A DNA stretch of 32,000 nt from Methylophaga frappieri (GCF_000260965.1 NC_017856.1:1620001-1652000); one strand, 5' to 3'; positions 10,401-18,299 are shown, numbered from the stretch's first letter. A program made the numbers and translations. Notes: generated by a model not told the origin, from the sequence alone.

Positions 10401-10818
10401 TCTGTCTGGTAACCTTGGACTGACCAAAATCTATCATTGTGCCGTTCAAATGGAACAATATATTGCGAAACAGAACTCTGAAAAAACACTGGCGGATATT
10501 GAGTCACTCCGAGTCGCGATGGGATTATTTCATGATGAAATGTCGTCACTCAGCCAAGCCATCAACCAATCACAAAACATGCCAAATTCAGTAGAAAGCC
10601 TTAATGCTGATGCGCTTCAGAATTTGTTGACGAGCCTGACGAAAATGGCCCAGCTTGGTGAGGTTGATGAGGAGCTAATTCAACAACTGGTCAAGGGCGT
10701 ACCTGCTGATTTGCACCGTACGGCCTCCGCAGTGCAAACTGCATTGGATGATTTTGACTTTAACGGTGCTCAAGATCATTTAGCCGTTATCCAGGCTCGC
10801 CTTGCAAACGAGAGCTAG
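7462..10818 (+). CDS. Hybrid sensor histidine kinase: MHYT (6 TM) - PAS - PAS - HisKA - HATPase_c - REC - Hpt
   Basis: 1118 aa. Three MHYT-type motifs: MHFVGM at aa 75 (nt 7684), MHYTGM at aa 138 (nt 7873) and MHYTGM at aa 207. H-box SHEIRTPMNAI (His548, nt 9103). G-box GGTGLGTTISKQL. Receiver DIILMDLQMPVMDG (Asp832, nt 9955). Hpt HKLKGLSGNLG (His976, nt 10387). AGGA lies 7 nt upstream of the ATG. Confidence 0.9.
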   Translation: MQWLETFFVTESDQLAQISGVYNYDLVVLSIIVASVASFIALHFASMSRAILVSSHRHLAIMIGAAIMAGGVWSMHFVGMLAYNMGSHVGYDTTLTLLSIIPVLVAAYIALKMLQKSHLTLWQLIISSVCVGAGIGIMHYTGMAAMQMHVSLQYDPLLFGTSIIVAVILAFIALSARYYLRLVWQHISMTKVNGISAVIMGLAISGMHYTGMAAARYVVTDETVVAHAMQNEHLQLSYIVAFTTLLISILTAALASQLRYRQLLIEKTANERRLQTMMETAVDGILTVDANGIIRDFNRSAIEIFGWQSDEIIGQPFLKLVPDDAQAEFHDYLTSFQQTNTTQLSGQARETFAKHKQGHTFPIRLGVGHINLSEVGSMFVGFVTDISQRWAMEEQLRKSEEKFSSLVKNIPGASFRCLIDANWTAIFVSDAIYDLTGWHPDDFYNKRIELADVIHPDDVAKTNQAVQVALDTKSNYSIEFRYNHRDGRTLWVLEHGSIIWENEEPVWIDGLILDITDRVEMEDNLRKAKVKAEISAESKAQFLANMSHEIRTPMNAIIGFTNVLIDADDMPEGNRGHLQTISQSASSLLHLLNDILDSAKLEKNKLELDETTFDLTRLVDSVISTLWLQAKHKGLYLNFELPDNIHTAYRGDENRLRQVLINIIGNAIKFTEQGGVNLSVSINAQQHICFSIEDTGIGMDSATLDKVFEPFSQADASMSRRFGGTGLGTTISKQLVELMGGKLQASSEPGIGSRFYFALPLKKTQLDPGKVAENQLIHLLPKRVLIADDIQQNLTLLTLILERQKHIVIQAENGEQALDIFKKSQPDIILMDLQMPVMDGFTATKMIRIYEAENQLTPTPIVALTASVLSEDKIEAKLAGMDGFAHKPIDIRALNVEMARVLGLLDETIETAEALNKNKVTSTPNINLEHGTALWGDEATYLHEIGRFWQQHHDIVDTLTTLCETKDWSALRSTAHKLKGLSGNLGLTKIYHCAVQMEQYIAKQNSEKTLADIESLRVAMGLFHDEMSSLSQAINQSQNMPNSVESLNADALQNLLTSLTKMAQLGEVDEELIQQLVKGVPADLHRTASAVQTALDDFDFNGAQDHLAVIQARLANES

Positions 10819-10821
10819 TTT

Positions 10822-11814
10822 ATGACCCTAACTAATCAAGCTACCCCTCGTATTTTAGTTGTCGATGATGAGCCGACCAATCTCAGAGTATTACGTCAAA
10901 TCTTGGGAGACCGCTACAAATTATCTTTCGCACGCTCGGGTAAAAGCGCGATTGAACTCGTTGAGAAAGAGCAGCCAGATCTAATTCTGCTCGATATTAT
11001 GATGCCCGAAATGACCGGGCTGGAGGTCTGTCAACATCTCAAATCGATGACCGATTATGCTCATATACCTGTCATTTTTGTTACTGCGTTACAAGATGCC
11101 GTTGATGAAGCCCAAGGCTTTGAAATTGGTGCTGTAGATTACATTGTTAAGCCAGTGGTGCCTTCAACGGTATTGGCCAGAGTTAAAACCCACATCTCGT
11201 TAGTGCGAGCAGATGAACTTCATGCTACGCACATTGATTTGATTCATCGGCTTGGCCGCGCTGCAGAGTATAAAGATAATGAGACCGGCATGCATGTTCA
11301 GCGAATGAGTCATTATGCCAAGGTTATAGCTCTTGCGTATGGCTTTGATGACTATGCGGCTGATGAACTGATGATGGCCGCCCCGATGCATGATATTGGT
11401 AAAATCGGCATCGCTGATCGGATTCTGCTGAAACCTGATAAATTAACAGCCGAAGAATTTGATGAAATGAAAACGCACACGCTAATTGGTGCGGAAATCT
11501 TAGCCAACTCTCGATCAAGACTTATCCAATTGGCGCATTTAATTGCGCTAACACACCACGAAAAATGGGATGGTTCCGGTTATCCTAATGGTTTAAAAGG
11601 TGAAGAGATTCCGATTGAAAGCCGTATCATCGCGATTGCCGATGTTTTCGATGCGTTGACTAGTGAGCGCCCATACAAGCATGCCTGGCCGGTTGAAGAG
11701 GCCCTTTCCTATATTAAAGAACAAGCTGGTACGCATCTCGATCCAGATTTACCGCCACTTTTAGAGCAAAATATGACGGAAATTTTAGAAATCAAAACTC
11801 GGCTTTCCGATTAA
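10822..11814 (+). CDS. Response regulator with HD-GYP output domain (RpfG-type c-di-GMP phosphodiesterase)
   Basis: 330 aa. REC with DLILLDIMMPEMTG (Asp58, nt 10993). HD-GYP motifs HDIGKIGI and HHEKWDGSGYPNG. The ATG is 4 nt after the kinase stop, so the two are probably co-translated. Confidence 0.9.
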   Translation: MTLTNQATPRILVVDDEPTNLRVLRQILGDRYKLSFARSGKSAIELVEKEQPDLILLDIMMPEMTGLEVCQHLKSMTDYAHIPVIFVTALQDAVDEAQGFEIGAVDYIVKPVVPSTVLARVKTHISLVRADELHATHIDLIHRLGRAAEYKDNETGMHVQRMSHYAKVIALAYGFDDYAADELMMAAPMHDIGKIGIADRILLKPDKLTAEEFDEMKTHTLIGAEILANSRSRLIQLAHLIALTHHEKWDGSGYPNGLKGEEIPIESRIIAIADVFDALTSERPYKHAWPVEEALSYIKEQAGTHLDPDLPPLLEQNMTEILEIKTRLSD

Positions 11815-11938
11815 ATTTAGGTTTGCAATTTTTACTTGACCAACAGCCTTGCCATATTTGATACGGCATTCAGTCCCTTGGCTCTAAACTACTTTTAAAT
11901 TAACGCGTGAAGCCCACCCCTTCAAGCTGACACTATTC

Positions 11939-12763
11939 ATGAAAAAAACGTTCAAAGTCTCTTTAAGCCATTCAATAAAAAAACAACTTGTACGATCATC
12001 TGGGATGGTCACGATACTGCTATGTCTTGGCCCTCCTCCCAGCTTCGCATCACATTGGCAAAACCCGTCATTTATTCAAGAGAGTTTTGAGCGTATTGCA
12101 CTGCAAAGTGAATATAATTCAGCTCCCCAAGTGCTTCGTCGTTGGGAGCAACCTATCACCTACTTTATTCACCATGAGACAGGTGATAAAGCGCTGCACA
12201 ACCAACTGACCAAAATTCATTTGTCACAACTTGCCAGTATTACCGGCACCACCTTCCTGCCTGCTAAAACAGCTGAATCATCAAAGTTGCAAATTTATTT
12301 TACTAATGAGCAAAATTTAGGTGAGGATTTAAAACAAAAATTTGAGCTGACTGGGACACAATTAACCGCTATTCAGCATCATAATATTTGCCTGGCACGT
12401 ATCAGTACCGCAGGTAATCACATCAAGCATGCGCTGGTACTGATCCCGGTTGACCGTGCTCGTGCTAACGCTAAACTCTTAAGCTGTATTGTTGAAGAGC
12501 TCACACAGATCATGGGATTACCTAACGATGATGACCGCGTTTTCCCATCAATTTTTAATGATCGAAGTGTGGATGAGTTTTTGACTGGGCTGGATTACAT
12601 GCTATTAAAACTACTTTACCACCCCAGTCTGCGGCCGGGCATGTCCGCAAAACAGGTACGGTCACATGTCACTAAAATTATGCAAACCGATGAATATCAG
12701 CAATGGTTGAATGAAGCGGATGGTCAGGTGAGATCTTCCGGGCTATATCCCTTGCTTCATTGA
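11939..12763 (+). CDS. Exported DUF2927-family protein, function unknown
   Basis: 274 aa. Hydrophobic signal-like segment MVTILLCLGPPPSFAS. The segments CIVEELTQIMGLPNDDDRVFPSIFNDRS and LLKLLYHPSLRPGMS match my recollection of the DUF2927 consensus (EE..Q..GL.ND ... PSIFND ... LY.P.L.PGM). Not verified by a search. Confidence 0.6.
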   Translation: MKKTFKVSLSHSIKKQLVRSSGMVTILLCLGPPPSFASHWQNPSFIQESFERIALQSEYNSAPQVLRRWEQPITYFIHHETGDKALHNQLTKIHLSQLASITGTTFLPAKTAESSKLQIYFTNEQNLGEDLKQKFELTGTQLTAIQHHNICLARISTAGNHIKHALVLIPVDRARANAKLLSCIVEELTQIMGLPNDDDRVFPSIFNDRSVDEFLTGLDYMLLKLLYHPSLRPGMSAKQVRSHVTKIMQTDEYQQWLNEADGQVRSSGLYPLLH

Positions 12764-12764
12764 C

Positions 12765-12796
12765 CAAAAAAAAGGCCCTGTGAAGGGCCTTTTTTG
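12765..12796. terminator. Bidirectional rho-independent terminator between DUF2927 gene (+) and ompA-like gene (-)
   Basis: AAAAAAAAGGCCCT-GTGA-AGGGCCTTTTTT: a GC stem with a GTGA loop, flanked by an A-run on one side and a T-run on the other. It sits between two convergent stop codons (12763 and 12819). Confidence 0.85.
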
Positions 12797-12818
12797 TAAC
12801 ACTCAGATTAACGTTGTT

Positions 12819-13664
12819 TTATTCAACAACAACGAAATCAACACGACGGTTTTCAGCACGACCTTGGCTAGTGCTGTTGTCGGCAACTGGCTGACCTTCA
12901 CCCATACCAACTGGCACCAGTTGTGAACCATTAACGCCGTTTGCAACCAGATAATCGACTACAGCTTCAGCACGACGCTGAGACAGATTCAGGTTGTAAG
13001 CTTCAGGACCCACGCTGTCAGTATGACCTTCAACGCGAACTTCCAAAACATCATCGGTATCTTTGATTTGTGCGACCGCATCATCCAGAATCATTTCAGC
13101 TTCTGGTGTCAGAACCGCTTTATCAAAGGCAAAGTTAACACCGGTCAATGACAGAATGTTGGCACCACTTACTGGGCAGCCATCTCTATCCACTTTGACA
13201 CCAGCAGGCGTACCTGGGCACAGGTCTCTGTAGTCTGCAACGCCATCACCATCAGAATCTAATGGGCAGCCTTCACTGTCTACTTGAACACCTTCAGGGG
13301 TTGCTGGACACATATCGATACCATCAACGACACCATCATTATCACTATCGAAAGCACAACCATTTTGGTCTGTCAGAGCACCCGCGGGCGCTGTCATTTC
13401 ACACACTACAGGTTCTTCAACAGGCTCTGGCTCAGCAGGCATTTCGTCCGGACCGCAGAGTAACAAGGCCAATTGTGAGCCAGCAACGGCACCACCAACA
13501 GCACCGGCACCACCACTCACCGCACCAACACCTGCACCACCGACAATGGCACCACTGGCAGAACAAAGCAGGTAAGTATCGGCTGTACGTTTATCTTGGC
13601 CGGCGCAGGCAGCCAACAGGCTGACTGTCATCACAGTCGCAGCAAGTTTGACAAATAAATTCAT
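12819..13664 (-). CDS. OmpA-family lipoprotein with glycine-zipper segment and thrombospondin type-3 (Ca-binding) repeats
   Basis: 281 aa. Lipobox LLAAC after MNLFVKLAATVMTVS. Gly-rich stretch GAIVGGAGVGAVSGGAGAVGGAVAG. Two DxDxDGxxDxxDxCP repeats (DSDNDGVVDGIDMCP, DSDGDGVADYRDLCP). C-terminal OmpA_C peptidoglycan-binding motifs (VEGHTDSVG...YNLNLSQRRA...GRAENRRV). AGGAAG SD upstream. Confidence 0.85.
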   Translation of the reverse strand: MNLFVKLAATVMTVSLLAACAGQDKRTADTYLLCSASGAIVGGAGVGAVSGGAGAVGGAVAGSQLALLLCGPDEMPAEPEPVEEPVVCEMTAPAGALTDQNGCAFDSDNDGVVDGIDMCPATPEGVQVDSEGCPLDSDGDGVADYRDLCPGTPAGVKVDRDGCPVSGANILSLTGVNFAFDKAVLTPEAEMILDDAVAQIKDTDDVLEVRVEGHTDSVGPEAYNLNLSQRRAEAVVDYLVANGVNGSQLVPVGMGEGQPVADNSTSQGRAENRRVDFVVVE

Positions 13665-13825
13665 GAGCGCTTCCTTTTTTCTTTAAGACAGAAAGAGTTT
13701 TACAAAGCGTAAACAACAGCTGTGTTGCTTAAAAAGTACAACTGTTGCATTTGCCTGACAGTAATCATAATACGAATAATGATTGCCGTCTAATACATTC
13801 ATTAATCAAGGTTATTAGTCATTTC

Positions 13826-14971
13826 TTATAGGCGTCCCATAAAACCTTCGTTTTCAGGTTCCAATGCGAGACCACCATCATCAGCCAGTGATTCCGGCAG
13901 TTCACCAGTCTCAGCACCCAGTTTAATCATTAGCCTGACTTCATTTGTTGAGTCGGCATTTTTCAAAGCATCCTCATAAGAAATCTGCCCTGCTTTATAT
14001 AAGTCATAAACAGCCTGGTCAAAGGTCTGCATGCCTAGTTCTCGAGAACGCTTCATGACATCTTTAATTTCAGAGACTTTGCCTTTTTCAATCAAGTCCC
14101 CAATCAGTGGCGTATTTACCATGACCTCAACGGCGACACAGAGCCCGATGCCATCTTTTTTAGGAATGAGTCGCTGTGCTACTACTGCTTTTAAATTAAG
14201 CGACATATCCATAAACAGTTGCTGATGACGATCTTCAGGGAAAAAGTTAATGATCCTGTCCAAGGCCTGGTTGGCATTGTTCGCGTGTAATGTCGATAAA
14301 CATAAATGCCCCGTCTCAGCAAAGGCAATACCGTAATCCATCGTATCGCGAGAACGAATCTCGCCAATCATGATGACATCCGGTGCCTGCCGTAGAGAGT
14401 TTTTCAGAGCAATGGCATAGGAATCGGTATCGACGCCGACTTCACGCTGAGTGACCACACAGCCAGCATGTTTGTGACTGAACTCGATTGGATCTTCGAT
14501 AGTTAAAATATGCCCGGTGCTGTTTTGATTACGGTAGCCAATCATGGCTGCCAGCGTTGTAGATTTACCGCTACCGGTTGCCCCGACAAAAATAACCAAC
14601 CCGCGTTTGGTCATAGAGAGATCTTTGATAATTTCCGGAACATTCAATTGTTCGATGGTGGGGATGTCCTCTTTGACCAAGCGCATGACCATTCCCACCC
14701 GGTTACGCTGATAAAGCGCACTCACCCGAAAACGTCCAGCCCCTTTGGCATCAATGGCGTAATTACATTCTTTATCACGCTCAAAGGTTCTTTTTTGTTC
14801 ATCATTCATGGTGCTGAGCACCAGATTACGCGCCTGCTCATCTGTCAACGGTTCTTGCGATAATGTTGCCATACGCCCATTGACTTTCAATGTCGGCGGC
14901 CGCTCTGCCGTAATGAATATATCCGACGCTTCATGTTTTACCGCTGCCTTGAGAATGGTGACAATTTCCAT
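13826..14971 (-). CDS. pilU: Type IV pilus retraction ATPase PilU
   Basis: Walker A GATGSGKST. N-terminus ...ASDIFITAERPPTLKVNGR. About 381 aa, the longer PilT paralogue, immediately downstream of pilT. The track start (TTG 14977) is only 3 nt from AGGAG, whereas ATG 14971 is 9 nt from it, so I prefer 14971. Confidence 0.85.
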   Translation of the reverse strand: MEIVTILKAAVKHEASDIFITAERPPTLKVNGRMATLSQEPLTDEQARNLVLSTMNDEQKRTFERDKECNYAIDAKGAGRFRVSALYQRNRVGMVMRLVKEDIPTIEQLNVPEIIKDLSMTKRGLVIFVGATGSGKSTTLAAMIGYRNQNSTGHILTIEDPIEFSHKHAGCVVTQREVGVDTDSYAIALKNSLRQAPDVIMIGEIRSRDTMDYGIAFAETGHLCLSTLHANNANQALDRIINFFPEDRHQQLFMDMSLNLKAVVAQRLIPKKDGIGLCVAVEVMVNTPLIGDLIEKGKVSEIKDVMKRSRELGMQTFDQAVYDLYKAGQISYEDALKNADSTNEVRLMIKLGAETGELPESLADDGGLALEPENEGFMGRL

Positions 14972-14983
14972 AATCAATCGCTC

Positions 14984-16021
14984 CTAACGGAATAAGTCTT
15001 TATTAACCGCACGAGGCAATGCCTCGCCTTTGGTAATTTGCTGACGACGAATCAGATCTTGTAAGCATTGATCCAGAGTCTGCATACCGATCGCGCCACC
15101 GGTTTGGATTGCTGAGTACATTTGCGGGACTTTGTCTTCGCGAATCAGGTTACGAATTGCTGGCGTCCCAATCATAATTTCATGGGCAGCAATACGACCA
15201 CCGCCTATTTTTTTCAACAATGTCTGCGAAATAACGGCCCGTAACGATTCTGATAACATTGACCGCACCATGGCTTTTTCCGCTGCTGGGAAAACGTCAA
15301 TAATCCTGTCAATCGTTTTCGCCGCTGAAGAGGTATGCAACGTTCCAAACACCAAGTGACCTGTTTCCGCAGCAGTCAAAGCCAGCCTGATGGTTTCCAA
15401 ATCCCGTAGCTCACCCACCAAAATAATGTCAGGATCTTCCCGTAATGCACTGCGCAAGGCTTCACTGAAGCCATGGGTGTCGCGGTGTACTTCACGCTGG
15501 TTGATCAAGCATTTTTTACTTTTGTGCACAAACTCTATCGGATCTTCAATCGTCAGAATATGCTCATTATCTTTTTCATTACGATAATTAATCATTGCCG
15601 CCAGCGTGGTGGACTTACCACTACCGGTCGGTCCTGTCACCAAAACGATGCCGCGATGATTATCGGCAATTTGCTTAAAGATATCTGGCGCCCCAAGTTG
15701 CTCTAAAGTGAGAACGACCGAAGGAATGGTCCGAAAAACAGCCGCCGCACCACGATTTTGATTGAATGCATTGACCCGAAAACGCGCCAGATTTGGCACT
15801 TCAAATGAAAAGTCGGCTTCAAGAAACTCCTCAAAGTCTTTGCGCTGTTTGTCATTCATGATGTCGTAAATCATGCTGTGAACATCTTTGTGTTCCATTG
15901 GCGGTAGATTAATCCGCTTAACATCACCATCGACACGAATCATAGGCGGCTCACCCGAGGATATGTGCAAATCCGAGGCGTTGTTTTTTGCACTGAAGGT
16001 AAGCAGTTCAGTAATATCCAT
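14984..16021 (-). CDS. pilT: Type IV pilus twitching-motility ATPase PilT
   Basis: 345 aa. MDITELLTFSAKNNASDLHISSGEPPMIRVDGD, Walker A GPTGSGKST, and the PilT C-terminal region AIRNLIREDK. Confidence 0.92.
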   Translation of the reverse strand: MDITELLTFSAKNNASDLHISSGEPPMIRVDGDVKRINLPPMEHKDVHSMIYDIMNDKQRKDFEEFLEADFSFEVPNLARFRVNAFNQNRGAAAVFRTIPSVVLTLEQLGAPDIFKQIADNHRGIVLVTGPTGSGKSTTLAAMINYRNEKDNEHILTIEDPIEFVHKSKKCLINQREVHRDTHGFSEALRSALREDPDIILVGELRDLETIRLALTAAETGHLVFGTLHTSSAAKTIDRIIDVFPAAEKAMVRSMLSESLRAVISQTLLKKIGGGRIAAHEIMIGTPAIRNLIREDKVPQMYSAIQTGGAIGMQTLDQCLQDLIRRQQITKGEALPRAVNKDLFR

Positions 16022-16103
16022 AGACTTTTCCTGTAATGAATGTCTGGCGTAATGCCGCCGCTATTTTGCTAAGGTAGCGTGCTCTTAAAAGGCTTGCAAC
16101 AAA

Positions 16104-16799
16104 ATGGACGCAAAAAAAAGATTACAAAACGTACTGACGAATATTCGCTCTGCTGAAAAGCAAGCAGGACGACCAGAAAACGACGTCGCTCTGCTGGCTG
16201 TCAGCAAAACCTGGCCTGCAGATGTGGTGAAAACGCTGGCTGAAGCCGGCCAACGAGATTTTGGTGAAAATTACCTGCAAGAAGCACTGACTAAAATTGA
16301 CCTGCTTGGCAACGAAAATCTCATCTGGCATTTTATTGGCCCGATCCAATCCAATAAGACGCAGGACATTGCTCATCATTTTGATTGGGTGCATAGCGTG
16401 GACCGGCTTAAAATAATTCAGCGTCTTTCCCAACAACGTCCAGATGCGTTGCCGCCATTAAATGTTTGTTTACAAGTCAATATTGACCAAGAGCCACAAA
16501 AATCCGGTGTTACGCCTGAAGCATTACCGGCACTGGCGGATGCCGTCATCAAATTGCCCAAGGTGGCGCTGAGAGGACTAATGGTCATTCCCAAAGTCAC
16601 ACCGGATGAATCCGAGCAACGACGCACATTCGCTAGGACATATCAACTTTATCAGTCATTGCAAAGTCGATTTAAATCTATTGATACCCTGTCAATGGGG
16701 ATGTCAGCAGATATGACCATTGCGATTGCTGAAGGCAGCAACCTTGTCCGAGTTGGCACAGCATTATTTGGTGAACGACATACCCAGCAAACACCATAA
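16104..16799 (+). CDS. yggS: YggS-family pyridoxal-phosphate homeostasis protein
   Basis: 231 aa. LLAVSKT (PLP-lysine context). Ala-racemase N-terminal-like family. Divergent from pilT and upstream of proC, as in other gammaproteobacteria. Confidence 0.85.
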   Translation: MDAKKRLQNVLTNIRSAEKQAGRPENDVALLAVSKTWPADVVKTLAEAGQRDFGENYLQEALTKIDLLGNENLIWHFIGPIQSNKTQDIAHHFDWVHSVDRLKIIQRLSQQRPDALPPLNVCLQVNIDQEPQKSGVTPEALPALADAVIKLPKVALRGLMVIPKVTPDESEQRRTFARTYQLYQSLQSRFKSIDTLSMGMSADMTIAIAEGSNLVRVGTALFGERHTQQTP

Positions 16800-16839
16800 T
16801 TCAGTACACTGACCACTTCACACAAATCAGAACAGCATT

Positions 16840-17676
16840 ATGATTCAAGACAAGATCGTTTTCATCGGCGGCGGCAATATGGCCCGCAGCCTCATCGGTG
16901 GCTTAATTGCAGATAAAATGCCCGCGGAACAGATCCATGTTATCGAGCCGCAAACCGAAACTAGACAGCGCCTTGCCGCTGATTTTGGCATCACCGTTTA
17001 TAATGCTGCAGACACAGTCTTAGAAGAGGCGACTGTGATCATTCTGGCAGTCAAGCCGCAAATGCTTCAGCAGGTGATTAAGAGTCTGTCCCCTGTTTGG
17101 CCGCCGCAAGCACTGATGATTTCTATCGCGGCCGGGATTCATACTGATGATATGGCGCGCTGGCTGAATCATGCCGGTACCGCTATCGTGCGCGCCATGC
17201 CGAACACACCAGCCTTAGTTCAGGCGGGGGCAACCGCGTTATTTGCCAACACACAAACTTCGACGGCACAGCGCCAGTTAGCAGAGTCCGTGATGCGCGC
17301 CGTTGGACTCGTTATCTGGGTTGAAAATGAACAGCAAATGGACGCCGTCACCGCGATATCCGGCAGTGGTCCAGCTTATTTTTTCCTGGTCATGGAAGCC
17401 ATGCAAGCAGCGGCGATGGAATTAGGATTACCCGAGGAAACCGCCAGACTGTTATGTTTGGAAACCGCTTTTGGCGCCGCTAAAATGGCCTTGGAAAGTA
17501 AGCATTCTGCTGCAACGCTTCGACATCAGGTTACCTCACCGGGCGGCACCACAGAACGCGCCATTCATGAACTAGAAGATGGCGGCCTACACGGCTTGTT
17601 TGAAAATGCCATCGTTGCAGCGGCGCTTCGGGCGCGAGAACTCGGCCACCAGTTGGGACAGGACAATGACACCTAG
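16840..17676 (+). CDS. proC: Pyrroline-5-carboxylate reductase
   Basis: 278 aa. Rossmann motif FIGGGNMA. C-terminal VTSPGGTTE motif. Confidence 0.9.
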   Translation: MIQDKIVFIGGGNMARSLIGGLIADKMPAEQIHVIEPQTETRQRLAADFGITVYNAADTVLEEATVIILAVKPQMLQQVIKSLSPVWPPQALMISIAAGIHTDDMARWLNHAGTAIVRAMPNTPALVQAGATALFANTQTSTAQRQLAESVMRAVGLVIWVENEQQMDAVTAISGSGPAYFFLVMEAMQAAAMELGLPEETARLLCLETAFGAAKMALESKHSAATLRHQVTSPGGTTERAIHELEDGGLHGLFENAIVAAALRARELGHQLGQDNDT

Positions 17677-18244
17677 TTATTTTGCAAACCCGTTAATCTT
17701 CATTATCGAAACGCTGTTTTTTCTCTACATGATGGTGGTTGCACTGCGCTTATTGATGCCGTGGATTCATTGGCCAAGCCATGCCCCGCTTAGTCAATTT
17801 GTCATTCGTGCTACGCAACCAGCAATTAAACCGATGCGTCAGTTCATGCCGGCCATTGGTCGACTGGATAGCGCCGTCTTGTTGCTCTTGATTTTATTAG
17901 CACTCTGCAAATTATTTTTCATTACAGCATTACAAGGTGTTGTGCCAAATCTGTTCATGTTGCTGTTGCTTGCACTCGCCGACTTGTGTTCTTTATTTGT
18001 CACTTTATTTACCATCAGTATCATCGTTGAAGTGATTCTCAGTTGGGTAACGCCTGCCGGCAGTTATCACCCCATGATGTCGCTGATTTCAAGGTTAAAT
18101 GCGCCACTACTTGATCCGGTTCGGCAGCGACTTCCTGACATGGGTGGCTTAGATTTGGCGCCGTTATTAGTGATCGTTCTATTGCAAGCCTTCAATATGT
18201 TTATTGTTGGCCTTATTTCTGAGCTATCGCGATCGCTAATATGA
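17666..18244 (+). CDS. yggT: YggT-family integral membrane protein
   Basis: Track ORF 17579..18244 reads through the end of proC. The in-frame ATG at 17666 ([19 protein letters not shown]...) gives a 192-aa, multi-TM YggT-like protein overlapping proC by 11 nt. Confidence 0.75.
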   Translation: MTPSYFANPLIFIIETLFFLYMMVVALRLLMPWIHWPSHAPLSQFVIRATQPAIKPMRQFMPAIGRLDSAVLLLLILLALCKLFFITALQGVVPNLFMLLLLALADLCSLFVTLFTISIIVEVILSWVTPAGSYHPMMSLISRLNAPLLDPVRQRLPDMGGLDLAPLLVIVLLQAFNMFIVGLISELSRSLI

Positions 18245-18299
18245 TTGTCGAGCGTACTGTCGCCACTTAAAATGCTTCTACACTCTTTGGAACGCCACT

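Noticed and set aside
13262-13624. 120-aa His/Gln-rich ORF (+) antisense to the ompA-like gene.
   Set aside because: It is the complement of the Gly- and Asp-rich repeats of a well-supported lipoprotein. It is low complexity and has no start context.
17579-17665. 29-codon N-terminal extension of yggT overlapping the proC 3' end.
   Set aside because: The translation (MAAYTACLKMPSLQRRFGRENS...) is an off-frame reading of proC. The hydrophobic YggT body starts at ATG 17666.
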